DNA of 32,000 nucleotides from Dickeya dadantii NCPPB 898 (GCF_000406145.1 NZ_CM001976.1:1652551-1684550), one strand, 5' to 3'. Counted from the first letter of the stretch, positions 9,748 to 18,204 are shown. Made by a program: numbers and translations. The notes: generated by a model from the letters alone, not told the origin.

Positions 9748-9787
9748 TGCTATCGCTCTCGCCGTTCGTTTTTTAACCCGATCACAA

Positions 9788-9805
9788 AACCGAAACGTTT
9801 CGGTT
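9788..9805. promoter_or_regulatory. Operator O1: perfect 18-bp palindrome, LacI-family type
   Basis: AACCGAAACGTTTCGGTT equals its own reverse complement and has the central CG typical of LacI/GalR operators. It lies in the rafR-rafA intergenic region, 62 nt before the rafA start. Confidence 0.65.
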
Positions 9806-9808
9806 CTA

Positions 9809-9826
9809 ATCCGAAACGTTTAGGAA
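9809..9826. promoter_or_regulatory. Operator O2: imperfect copy of O1
   Basis: ATCCGAAACGTTTAGGAA shares the CCGAAACGTTT core with O1. The centre-to-centre distance is 21 bp (two helical turns). Confidence 0.55.
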
Positions 9827-9866
9827 TACAAAATAACCTCATCACCCATCATTCAGGAGGATGAGG

Positions 9867-11996
9867 ATGGAAACGACGCTGATTCGTCTCGCCAGCCCGG
9901 CGACGGATGTCATTGTGCGCTGCTGGCCGGCAGCGGAAATACTGTACTGGGGGCCGCATCTGGCGGCGTTTTCGCCGCAGGATGCGGACAGCCTGTCGCG
10001 GCCGGTGGCGAACGGCCGGCTGGATGTGGACGTGCCGGTGACGCTGGCAGCGGAAACCGGACGCGGGCTGTTCGGCTCGCCGGGCATTGAGGGGCATCGC
10101 AACGGTCTCGATGCCTTTGCCGTGCTGACCACCGTCGCGGTGCGTCAGCCGGACCCGCAGCAACTGGTCATCGAGGCGGAAGACCGTCAGGCTGGCCTGC
10201 GCCTGACCACCGAATTACGGCTGCACGCCGACAGCGGGGTGCTGCAACTGCGCCACTGCCTGACCAATCTGCATCCGGGTGACTGGCAGGTGCAGCGGCT
10301 GGCGGTCACGTTACCGTTACCGGAGTCGGCGGCGGAGGTAATGGCGTTTCACGGCCGCTGGGTGCGGGAATTTCAGCCGCATCGCACGCTGCTATCGCAC
10401 GGCAGTCTGGTGCAGGAAAACCGCCGCGGGCGCACGTCTCACGAATATTTTCCGGCGATGATCAGCGGGGAACCGGGATTTGCCGAACAGCACGGTCGGG
10501 TGTGGGGCGCGCACCTCGGCTGGAGCGGCAACCATCGGTTGCGCACGGAGGTGAAAACCGACGGCCGGCGGCTGTTGCAGGCGGAGGCGCTCTACCTGCC
10601 CGGCGAAATCGCGCTGGCGCAGGGGGAGTCGCTGACCACGCCGTGGCTGTACGCCGCCTGTTCTGAACAGGGGCTGAATGGCATGAGCCAGCAGTTTCAC
10701 CGGTTTCTGCGTCAGGAGATTATCCGTTTTCCGCGTGCCAAGGCGCGCCCGGTTCACCTCAATACCTGGGAAGGCATCTACTTTAAGCATGACCCGGACT
10801 ACATCATGCAGATGGCGAGCCAGGCGGCGGCGCTGGGCGTCGAGCGCTTTATTATCGACGATGGCTGGTTTCGCGGGCGCGACCATGACCGCGCCGCGCT
10901 GGGTGACTGGTATGTGGACCCGCGCAAGTACCCGCAAGGGCTGATGCCGGTGATAAACCATGTGCGGGAACTGGGCATGGAATTCGGCATTTGGGTAGAA
11001 CCGGAAATGATCAACCCGGACTCCGACCTCTGTCGCGCGCACCCGGACTGGCTGCTGGCGCTGCCCGGCTACGACCAGCCGACCGGCCGCTACCAGTACG
11101 TGCTCGACCTGTCTAATCCCGAGGTGTTCGATTATCTGCTGGCGCGTCTGAGCTGGCTGTTGGGCGAGCACCCCATCGATTACGTGAAATGGGACATGAA
11201 CCGGGAACTGGTGCAGCCGGCCCATCAGGGGCGGGCGGCGGCCGACCGCCAGACGCAGGCGTTTTACCGCCTGCTCGATGTGCTGGGCGAGCGTTTCCCG
11301 CAGGTGGAGTTTGAGTCCTGCGCATCCGGCGGCGGGCGCATTGATTATGAAGTGTTGCGGCGTTGCCACCGCTTCTGGGCGTCCGACAATAACGACGCGC
11401 TGGAGCGGCAAACGATTCAGCGCGGCATGAGCTACTTCTTCCCGCCCGAAGTGATGGGGGCGCACATCGGCCATCACCGCTGTCACGCTACCGGACGCCA
11501 GCACAGTATTGCCTTTCGCGGGTTGACGGCGCTGTTCGGCCATATGGGCATCGAGCTGGATCCGGTGCGCGCCGATGCGCAGGAACAGGCCGGTTTTCGC
11601 CATTATGTGGCGTTGCATCGGCGTTACCGCGCGCTGTTGCACACCGGTTGCCTGTGGCGGGTCGACATGCCGGACGCCACCACCCAGGTGCAGGGGGTGA
11701 TCAGCGCCGATCGGGGGCAGGCGCTGTTTCTGGTGGCGCAGCTGGCGATGCCGGATTACGCGCTGGCCGGGGTGCTGCGCTTCCCCGGTCTGGACCCGCA
11801 GGCCCGTTACCGGTTGACCGTGGTGGATCATCCCGACCTGAAGCCGGTTGTCGACGGCGGCAGCACCATGCGCCAGTTGCCGGCATGGATGGCGGCACCG
11901 GCTGAATACAGCGGCGAATGGCTGATGAAAGCCGGGCTGCGTCTGCCCATTCTCAACCCGGAAACGGCGCTGTTGCTGGCGTTAGAACGTCTGTAA
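9867..11996 (+). CDS. rafA: Alpha-galactosidase, glycoside hydrolase family 36 (raffinose/melibiose type), 709 aa
   Basis: GH36 signatures DYVKWDMNR (nucleophile region), FESCASGGGRID and WASDNNDALERQ. Length is close to the plasmid RafA (708 aa from memory). CAGGAGG at 9854-9860 gives 6-nt spacing to the ATG at 9867; the ATG at 9861 abuts the SD and is less likely. Confidence 0.9.
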   Translation: METTLIRLASPATDVIVRCWPAAEILYWGPHLAAFSPQDADSLSRPVANGRLDVDVPVTLAAETGRGLFGSPGIEGHRNGLDAFAVLTTVAVRQPDPQQLVIEAEDRQAGLRLTTELRLHADSGVLQLRHCLTNLHPGDWQVQRLAVTLPLPESAAEVMAFHGRWVREFQPHRTLLSHGSLVQENRRGRTSHEYFPAMISGEPGFAEQHGRVWGAHLGWSGNHRLRTEVKTDGRRLLQAEALYLPGEIALAQGESLTTPWLYAACSEQGLNGMSQQFHRFLRQEIIRFPRAKARPVHLNTWEGIYFKHDPDYIMQMASQAAALGVERFIIDDGWFRGRDHDRAALGDWYVDPRKYPQGLMPVINHVRELGMEFGIWVEPEMINPDSDLCRAHPDWLLALPGYDQPTGRYQYVLDLSNPEVFDYLLARLSWLLGEHPIDYVKWDMNRELVQPAHQGRAAADRQTQAFYRLLDVLGERFPQVEFESCASGGGRIDYEVLRRCHRFWASDNNDALERQTIQRGMSYFFPPEVMGAHIGHHRCHATGRQHSIAFRGLTALFGHMGIELDPVRADAQEQAGFRHYVALHRRYRALLHTGCLWRVDMPDATTQVQGVISADRGQALFLVAQLAMPDYALAGVLRFPGLDPQARYRLTVVDHPDLKPVVDGGSTMRQLPAWMAAPAEYSGEWLMKAGLRLPILNPETALLLALERL

Positions 11997-12002
11997 TACG
12001 GT

Positions 12003-12022
12003 GGGAGAGGGCGACCTCTCCC
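12003..12022 (+). other. Intercistronic stem-loop between rafA and rafB
   Basis: GGGAGAGG (12003-12010), GCGA loop, CCTCTCCC (12015-12022): a perfect 8-bp stem with a GNRA-type tetraloop. It sits 7 nt after the rafA stop and is a possible mRNA stabiliser or processing site. Confidence 0.4.
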
Positions 12023-12049
12023 CAGTCTGGATCCTCTGAGGATAATAAT

Positions 12050-13330
12050 ATGGACATCAGCTCTGCGACCCCTCGCACCAGTACTCACCGATACAACCGT
12101 AATTTCTGGATTTTCGGCCTGTTCTTTTTTCTGTATTTCTTCATCATGGCGACCTGTTTTCCATTTCTGCCGGTCTGGCTGGCGGAGGTGATCGGCCTGA
12201 ACAAAACCCAGACCGGGGTGGTGTTTTCCGCTATTTCGCTGTTCGCCATTCTGTTTCAGCCGCTGATGGGGGTCGTGTCGGACCGGCTGGGGTTGAAAAA
12301 ACACCTGCTGTGGGTGATCGCCGTCTTGCTGTTTTTGTTCGCGCCGTTCTTTCTGTATGTGTTTGCGCCGCTGCTCCGGGTCAATAGCCTGCTGGGGGCG
12401 ATGGCGGGCGGTGTTTACATTGGTTTGGTGTTTTCCGCCGGTTCCGGCGCGGTGGAAGCCTATATTGAACGCGTCAGCCGCCAGAGCGGTTTCGAGTATG
12501 GCAAGGCGCGGATGTTCGGCTGCCTTGGCTGGGGGCTATGCGCGTCAACGGCGGGCATCCTGTTTAACGTCAATCCGGCGCTGGTGTTCTGGATGGGGTC
12601 CGGCGCGGCGGTGATCCTGCTGGTGTTGCTGCTGATAGCCCGTCCCGAGCATCACCCGACGGCGCAGGTGATGGACGCGCTGGGCGCCAATCAGCCGCAG
12701 GTGACGTTGAAAATGGCGACCCGGGTATTCGGCGATCGCAAATTGTGGATGTTTGTGTTGTACGTGGTGGGCGTGGCCTGCGTGTATGACGTGTTCGACC
12801 AGCAGTTCGCCAACTTCTTCAAATCGTTTTTCGCCACGCCGCAGCAGGGCAATCAGGTGTTTGGCTTTGCCACCACGCTGGGTGAACTGGCTAATGCCGT
12901 CATCATGTTTTGTTCGCCGTGGATCATCAATCGTATCGGCGCCAAAAACACGCTACTGGTGGCGGGGACGATCATGACGGTGCGGATTGTCGGGTCGGCG
13001 TTTGCCACCACGGTGGTGGAAGTGGTGGCGCTGAAAATGTTGCATGCGCTGGAGGTGCCGTTCCTGCTGGTGGGCGCGTTCAAGTACATCACCACTACCT
13101 TTGACACCCGGCTGTCCGCCACCATCTACCTGATTGGCTTTCAGTTCGCCAAACAGTCGGCGGCAATCTTTCTGTCGGCGATGGCGGGGAATCTGTATGA
13201 CCGCATCGGTTTTCAGCACACCTATCTGATCCTCGGTGCCATCGCCCTGACGGTGACGGTTATCTCCGCGTTTACGCTATCCGGCTCGCGCGCCAACTCA
13301 CAGCCGGCATATCGCACCACGCTGTCCTGA
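12050..13330 (+). CDS. rafB: Oligosaccharide:H+ symporter of the LacY family (raffinose/lactose permease type), 426 aa
   Basis: NFWIFGLFFFLYFFIMATCFPFLPVWL, KARMFGCLGWGLCAS and YDVFDQQFANFFKSFF are collinear with remembered LacY. GAGGA at 12038-12042 precedes the ATG at 12050. The 44 codons upstream in the listed ORF overlap the rafA end and look non-coding. Confidence 0.9.
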   Translation: MDISSATPRTSTHRYNRNFWIFGLFFFLYFFIMATCFPFLPVWLAEVIGLNKTQTGVVFSAISLFAILFQPLMGVVSDRLGLKKHLLWVIAVLLFLFAPFFLYVFAPLLRVNSLLGAMAGGVYIGLVFSAGSGAVEAYIERVSRQSGFEYGKARMFGCLGWGLCASTAGILFNVNPALVFWMGSGAAVILLVLLLIARPEHHPTAQVMDALGANQPQVTLKMATRVFGDRKLWMFVLYVVGVACVYDVFDQQFANFFKSFFATPQQGNQVFGFATTLGELANAVIMFCSPWIINRIGAKNTLLVAGTIMTVRIVGSAFATTVVEVVALKMLHALEVPFLLVGAFKYITTTFDTRLSATIYLIGFQFAKQSAAIFLSAMAGNLYDRIGFQHTYLILGAIALTVTVISAFTLSGSRANSQPAYRTTLS

Positions 13331-13395
13331 AAACCGGGGCTATCCTGAAAGCTGGGGCCTGAAAACCAGTACCTGAAAACCTAAGATCTGAAAAC
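13326..13395. repeat. Five degenerate tandem units carrying CTGAAA(A/G)C
   Basis: CTGA starts at 13327, 13345, 13359, 13373 and 13388 (spacings 18, 14, 14, 15). The first unit contains the rafB stop codon. Confidence 0.6.
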
Positions 13396-13403
13396 GACAG
13401 AAC

Positions 13404-13439
13404 AAGGCCGGTCTGACGCACAATGCGCAGACCAGCCTT
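13404..13439. terminator. Long hairpin between convergent rafB and the C1 peptidase gene; probable terminator, better suited to the minus strand
   Basis: AAGGCCGGTCTGACGCA / TGCGCAGACCAGCCTT gives about 15 bp with one bulge and one mismatch. On the minus strand it is followed by GTTCTGTCGTTTT; the plus strand has no T-run. Confidence 0.45.
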
Positions 13440-13482
13440 GCCCTGGCTCTCATCGCGGCGTTTGGCGGTCACGCCAGCGCAC

Positions 13483-14289
13483 CTAATTTTTAACCGTATT
13501 GATGGTCCAGATATCCTGCGCCAGCCGGCGATCGAGCAGGTAGGCGTACGGCATGTAGAAATAGCCGTTTTCACCCACAGCTTTCCCCCACGAGTTACGG
13601 AATTTGAATAGCTGGGTGGCGTTGTCATACCCCACGCACAGCACGGCATGGCCGCCTTCCGGTTTATCCTTGCCGGAGGGCAGCGGCACCACAACCGGCA
13701 GGTTTTGCAGATCGATCCAACTGGAATACACCGTAAAGCCGAACACAAACGGAAAGCCGCAGGCCAGGCAGCCTTGCAGATGCGCCAGATCCTGATGTAA
13801 CCGCTGGTAGTTGGTAATGGTGTATTTCAACGCATCCTGATAGCACCGCGCCGGTGGTTTGGTGGCCGCCGGCGCGCCGGGGGGAAATTCGCCGCCTTCT
13901 TCCTTAGGCGGGGTCGCCACGTAGGGCCATTCATCTTCCGGGCATACCCCGAGTTTATGCAAGGCTTTGATCCCGTCACGCAGCATTGCACCGGCGTCGT
14001 ATTTGACATCGCCTTCAATGGTGCGCTCGCAGTAGTAGATAAATAGCCTTGAGGGTATGAAGTTCGGTCGTTCCCCGGCTTTCAGACGATCAAACTGTAC
14101 GGCACCCGCCAGCGCGTTGGCGGTGCAGGAGCCGATGGGGCCCTGATCGTAGACCTCAAAGGTCGGGGTCAGATCCACTTTGGCCGGCAACACTTTCAGT
14201 ACGCTTGGGTCTGGCGTGTAGTGGTGATCGCGGATATCCAGGGTATCAGGAATGTAGCCCAGCCGGGATTTACGTCTTTTAGTCAGCAT
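13483..14289 (-). CDS. Papain-like cysteine peptidase (MEROPS family C1), 268 aa, no signal peptide and no I29 prodomain
   Basis: Catalytic signature in papain order: Gln-x5-Cys (DQGPIGSCTANALAGAV), His (GGHAVLCVGYD), Asn-Ser-Trp (FRNSWG). I chose Met61 of the listed ORF (ATG at 14289) because AAGAGG lies 9 nt upstream. The upstream 60 codons have no SD and odd composition. Confidence 0.8.
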   Translation of the reverse strand: MLTKRRKSRLGYIPDTLDIRDHHYTPDPSVLKVLPAKVDLTPTFEVYDQGPIGSCTANALAGAVQFDRLKAGERPNFIPSRLFIYYCERTIEGDVKYDAGAMLRDGIKALHKLGVCPEDEWPYVATPPKEEGGEFPPGAPAATKPPARCYQDALKYTITNYQRLHQDLAHLQGCLACGFPFVFGFTVYSSWIDLQNLPVVVPLPSGKDKPEGGHAVLCVGYDNATQLFKFRNSWGKAVGENGYFYMPYAYLLDRRLAQDIWTINTVKN

Positions 14290-14796
14290 AGTTATCAGCC
14301 TCTTGATTGTAAGGTTTGCAAGGTTCCCGTCCATTGTTGGCGATGCGGTTGATTCAGCTATCGGAATGGGTTGAGAGATGATGAATGGCCGATAACCGTC
14401 TGTTGCAGGATATGACTCCGGAAAATCCGGCATCGGCCGCCAGCGCCGTTCGCCTGCCGCCGGCGGCACAAAATGCGGCCTGCGCCGGTAACACCGTGGC
14501 GTGTTTCGTTACATCCTGTTGAGTGCGTCTCGGCAGCCTCGGCGCCTGGGCGACAAAGCAACTCCGGCGCTGGATTGGGCGGTGGTGAGCGCGGCGCGAT
14601 AAGATTCTCGGGATAAACGGCGCACGGAAGGTGACGCCGGGGGCCTGCGCCGATTACGATAAGCCGTTGTCGGGCGGGCGGTATTGCTCAGTGGGTAGTC
14701 AGCGCAACGGGCTATTTGTGAGTCGCCGCGGCGCCGGAGGCGAATTTTCTATTCTTTAGGGAAGACAGAACGTTAGGGGAGTACAGAGGAACAAAC

Positions 14797-16128
14797 ATGC
14801 CAGCACCCATCAGATATGTGCAGGACAGCAACCCGTTGCCGGATCAGGCGGACGTGGTGGTGATTGGCGCCGGGATTGCCGGCGCGGCGGCGGCGTATGA
14901 GCTGGCGAAAAAAGGCGTCAGCGTGCTGTTGCTGGAAAAAGGGCTGGTCGGCGGTGAACAGTCCAGCCGCAACTGGGGATGGTGCCGGCAGCAGAACCGC
15001 GATGAGCGCGAACTGCCGTTGATTATCTATGCGCTGCGTCGCTGGGAGGAACTGCAACAGGAAACCGGCGAAGAGCTGGGGTTCCGCCGCAGCGGTCTGC
15101 TGTACGCTACGCAGGATCAGGCGGAAATCGACGCCTGGGATAACTGGGGCAAGATGGCGAAAGCCTACGGCGTGCGCAGCGACATTCTCAACGCCGAACA
15201 GGCCAAAGCGATGACGCCGGGCAGCACCACGGCGTGGCTGGGCGGGGTGTCGTCGCCGACCGACGGTCATGCCGAACCGGCGCTGGCCTGCGCCGGACTG
15301 GCGATCGCCGCCCAGCGCCTCGGCGCCAGCGTGATCCAGCAATGCGCGGTGCGCGGGCTGGACATCAGCGGCGGGCGGGTCAGCGGGGTATGGACCGAGC
15401 GCGGACGGGTGAAAACCTCCATGGTGATTTGCGCCGGCGGCGTCTGGAGCTCGCTGTTTTGCCGTCGCCACGGCATTGAACTGCCGTTGGGCAACGTGAT
15501 CGGCACTGCGTTTCGTACCGCGCCGATCGAACAGGCGATCGGCCTGCCGTTTTACACCGCTGCGTTTGCCTGTCGCCCGCAGTTGGACGGCAGCTATACG
15601 GTGTCGGTGTCCGGACGCGGTCGGCTGGAGCCGGGGTTCCAGAGCCTGCGTTACGCCCGCCAGTTTTACCCCACGTTTCGCGCCCGGCGTAAAAACCTGT
15701 CGTTCCGGCCGGGCATCAAACCGTTCCTGTGCGGACCGGAAGCGCGGGCGAGCTGGGCGTTTGACGACCTGTCGCCGTTCGAGAAAACCCGCATTCTCGA
15801 CCCGGCGGCGGACATGGCGATGGTGAGCGAAGGGCTGGCGGCGATGCGGCGCGAATACCCGGCGCTGGCCCATGTACGCGCGGTGCAGGCGTGGGGCGGC
15901 ATGATCGACAGTACCCCGGACGCCATTCCGGTGATTTCGCCGGTGGAGAGCCTGCCGGGGCTGGTGGTGTCCGCCGGGTATAGCGGCCACGGTTTCGGCA
16001 TCGGGCCGGGCGCCGGGCGGCTGGCGGCGGATCTGGTGACCGGTGATGTACCGGTGGTGGACCCGACGCCGTACCGCTATGCCCGGCTGGTGGACGGCTC
16101 CGGGCTGAAAGCGCCGGGCATGATGTGA
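14797..16128 (+). CDS. FAD-dependent oxidoreductase (DAO / D-amino-acid dehydrogenase-like family), 443 aa
   Basis: N-terminal Rossmann dinucleotide motif DVVVIGAGIAGAAAAYELAKKGVSVLLLEKG and C-terminal GYSGHGFGIGPGAG, typical of the DAO family. AGGA lies 6 nt before the ATG. Confidence 0.85.
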   Translation: MPAPIRYVQDSNPLPDQADVVVIGAGIAGAAAAYELAKKGVSVLLLEKGLVGGEQSSRNWGWCRQQNRDERELPLIIYALRRWEELQQETGEELGFRRSGLLYATQDQAEIDAWDNWGKMAKAYGVRSDILNAEQAKAMTPGSTTAWLGGVSSPTDGHAEPALACAGLAIAAQRLGASVIQQCAVRGLDISGGRVSGVWTERGRVKTSMVICAGGVWSSLFCRRHGIELPLGNVIGTAFRTAPIEQAIGLPFYTAAFACRPQLDGSYTVSVSGRGRLEPGFQSLRYARQFYPTFRARRKNLSFRPGIKPFLCGPEARASWAFDDLSPFEKTRILDPAADMAMVSEGLAAMRREYPALAHVRAVQAWGGMIDSTPDAIPVISPVESLPGLVVSAGYSGHGFGIGPGAGRLAADLVTGDVPVVDPTPYRYARLVDGSGLKAPGMM

Positions 16129-16137
16129 GGACAGGAC

Positions 16138-16986
16138 ATGACGATAACATTACGCGCCATGACGGCGGCGGATGCCGGCTACGGCTGGTCGCTGACCCAA
16201 CAGATGAACTGGCCGCATCGGCTGGAAGACTGGCAGGACGCCTTGCTGCTGGGCGAGGGGCTGGTGGCGGAAGTGCAGGGACAACCGGCAGGCACCGCGC
16301 TGTGCTGGCGCTGGGGCGAGCGCCGGGCCACCATCGGTCTGGTGGTGGTAGACGGTCGGCAACAGGGGCGCGGCATCGGCCGGTCGCTGATGGAGGGGCT
16401 GCTGGCCGGTCTTGACGGCTATCAGGTGCGGCTGCACGCCACGGCGGCCGGGCAGGGGCTGTATGCCCGGCTTGGGTTTACGCCGGTGGGTGAAATCCAT
16501 CAGTACCAGAGTCCGCAGTTGCCGTCGAACCTCGCTCCTCAACTGAGTGCCGATCAACGGCTGCGCGCCGCTACGCGGGATGACGCGCCGCAGCTGACTG
16601 CGCTGGACCAGCAGGCGCACGGGCTGGCGCGTCCGGCGTTGATCGCCTGGCTGCTGCGTCAGCCGGAGCCGGTGCGGGTGTTGGAACAACACGGCCACAT
16701 CGCCGGGTTTGCCGCGCTGCGCCGCTTCGGGCGCGGTTACGTCATCGGCCCGGTGATTGCCGACAGCGCGGACAACGCCCGTTTGTTGATCGGCGCGTTG
16801 ATGGCCGAGGTCGGCGGCGAATTCGTGCGTATCGACAGCGACGCCGCGCTTGGGCTGGGAAGCTGGCTGGCCGACTGCGGGCTGCAACAGGTGGACGCGC
16901 CGGTCACCATGATCCGCGGCGTACCGTGGCAACCGGAGGCGGGCGGTATGCGTGCCTGGGCGTTGATGACGCAGGCGATGGCGTAA
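16138..16986 (+). CDS. GNAT-family N-acetyltransferase with a C-terminal extension domain (YitH-like architecture), 282 aa
   Basis: Acetyl-CoA motif A VVVDGRQQGRGIGRSLMEGLL followed by LYARLGFTPVG. GAGGA precedes the ATG, 9 nt after the upstream stop. Confidence 0.75.
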   Translation: MTITLRAMTAADAGYGWSLTQQMNWPHRLEDWQDALLLGEGLVAEVQGQPAGTALCWRWGERRATIGLVVVDGRQQGRGIGRSLMEGLLAGLDGYQVRLHATAAGQGLYARLGFTPVGEIHQYQSPQLPSNLAPQLSADQRLRAATRDDAPQLTALDQQAHGLARPALIAWLLRQPEPVRVLEQHGHIAGFAALRRFGRGYVIGPVIADSADNARLLIGALMAEVGGEFVRIDSDAALGLGSWLADCGLQQVDAPVTMIRGVPWQPEAGGMRAWALMTQAMA

Positions 16987-17912
16987 TGCATATTCTGTAT
17001 AAGTCGGTGGCGGAGCGTGGGCGGCAGTGGGCGGAAATTATCGCCCGCCGTTATCCGCACGCCCGTTTCTGGCAATGGCCCGAGGTGCCGGACCCGGCGG
17101 CGGTGGAGTATCTGGTGGCGTGGGAGGCATCGGCGGAGCTGATCGCCGGTCTGCCCAATCTGAAAGCGCTGTTTTCGGTGGGTGCCGGCGCCGACCAGTT
17201 CAACTATGCGGCGTTGCCGCCGTCGCTGCCGGTGGTGCGCATGGTGGAGCCGGGTATCGTCAACGGCATGGTGGAGTACGTCACCTTTGCGGTGCTGGGG
17301 CTGCACCGCGACATGCCGTTGTATCTGCAACAGCAGCGCGAACGGCGCTGGCAAGGGCATCCGCTGGTGCCGGCGTCTCAGCGGCGCGTCGGGGTGATGG
17401 GGCTGGGTGAACTTGGCCGGGCGGTGCTGATGCAACTGCAAACGCTGGGTTTTGCCTGTCGCGGCTGGAGCCGCACGCCGAAATCACTGCCGGGCGCGGT
17501 CTGTTTTGCCGGTGATGAGCAACGGGCGGCGTTTTTGGCCGATACCGACATTCTGGTGTGCCTGCTGCCGCTGACGCCTGCCACCCACGGCATACTCAAT
17601 GCGCAACTGTTCGGCCAGTTGCCGACCGGCGCGGCGTTGGTGCAGGTTGGGCGCGGCGCGCAGCTCAATCACGATGACTTGCTGACGGCGCTGAATAACG
17701 GCCGCCTGCGTGGCGCGGTGGTGGATGTCGTCGATCCGGAACCACTACCGCCGGCGCATCCGTTCTGGTCGCATCCGGCGCTGTGGCTGACGCCGCACAT
17801 CGCCAGCCAGACCCAGGCGGACAGCGCGGTAAGCGCGTTGATGGACAACATTGCCCGTTTCGAGCGGGGCGAGCCGATGGTCGGCGTCATCGACCGGCAA
17901 CGGGGCTATTGA
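16986..17912 (+). CDS. ghrA: D-2-hydroxyacid dehydrogenase, glyoxylate/hydroxypyruvate reductase A-like, 308 aa
   Basis: From the internal Met: MHILYKS...; GVMGLGELGRAV (NAD(P) binding), GWSRTPKSLPG, VDVVDPEPLPPAHPFWSHP, TPHIASQT, and an ending GEPMVGVIDRQRGY like remembered E. coli GhrA. The start overlaps the GNAT stop (TAATG). It may be a paralogue rather than the housekeeping ghrA. Confidence 0.75.
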   Translation: MHILYKSVAERGRQWAEIIARRYPHARFWQWPEVPDPAAVEYLVAWEASAELIAGLPNLKALFSVGAGADQFNYAALPPSLPVVRMVEPGIVNGMVEYVTFAVLGLHRDMPLYLQQQRERRWQGHPLVPASQRRVGVMGLGELGRAVLMQLQTLGFACRGWSRTPKSLPGAVCFAGDEQRAAFLADTDILVCLLPLTPATHGILNAQLFGQLPTGAALVQVGRGAQLNHDDLLTALNNGRLRGAVVDVVDPEPLPPAHPFWSHPALWLTPHIASQTQADSAVSALMDNIARFERGEPMVGVIDRQRGY

Positions 17913-18204
17913 AATATGACGGAAACCGCACCGGTCGAGAGGCTGATGTGCGTTGCCCGGCGAACGTCTTGCCGGGTGGTTAATTACCCTGACCTGCGCC
18001 GGCCGATACCGACATCGGAAGCGTGCGCGCCAGTAGCACGTGCAGACAGGCGACCTGTGGGATCAGGCCAGTCAGCATGATCAGGCAGCCAAACACCCCA
18101 AAAAGCGTTCCGACGAACTGGCGATGTTGCGTGGTTATCCCGCTTGATAACATGCGCCAATGATCGAATGGTCTACCGGAATGACAAGGCGGCGAAATAT
18201 AAGA

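Noticed and set aside
10392-11831. 479-aa ORF antisense to the GH36 alpha-galactosidase gene
   Set aside because: Same high-GC antisense artefact (Arg/Gln/His/Pro-rich, no motifs). The sense strand carries clear GH36 signatures.
14773-15990. 405-aa ORF antisense to the FAD oxidoreductase gene; likewise 15716..16150, 16150..16932 and 16737..17441
   Set aside because: These are arginine/alanine-rich junk frames opposite genes with clear Rossmann, GNAT or dehydrogenase motifs.
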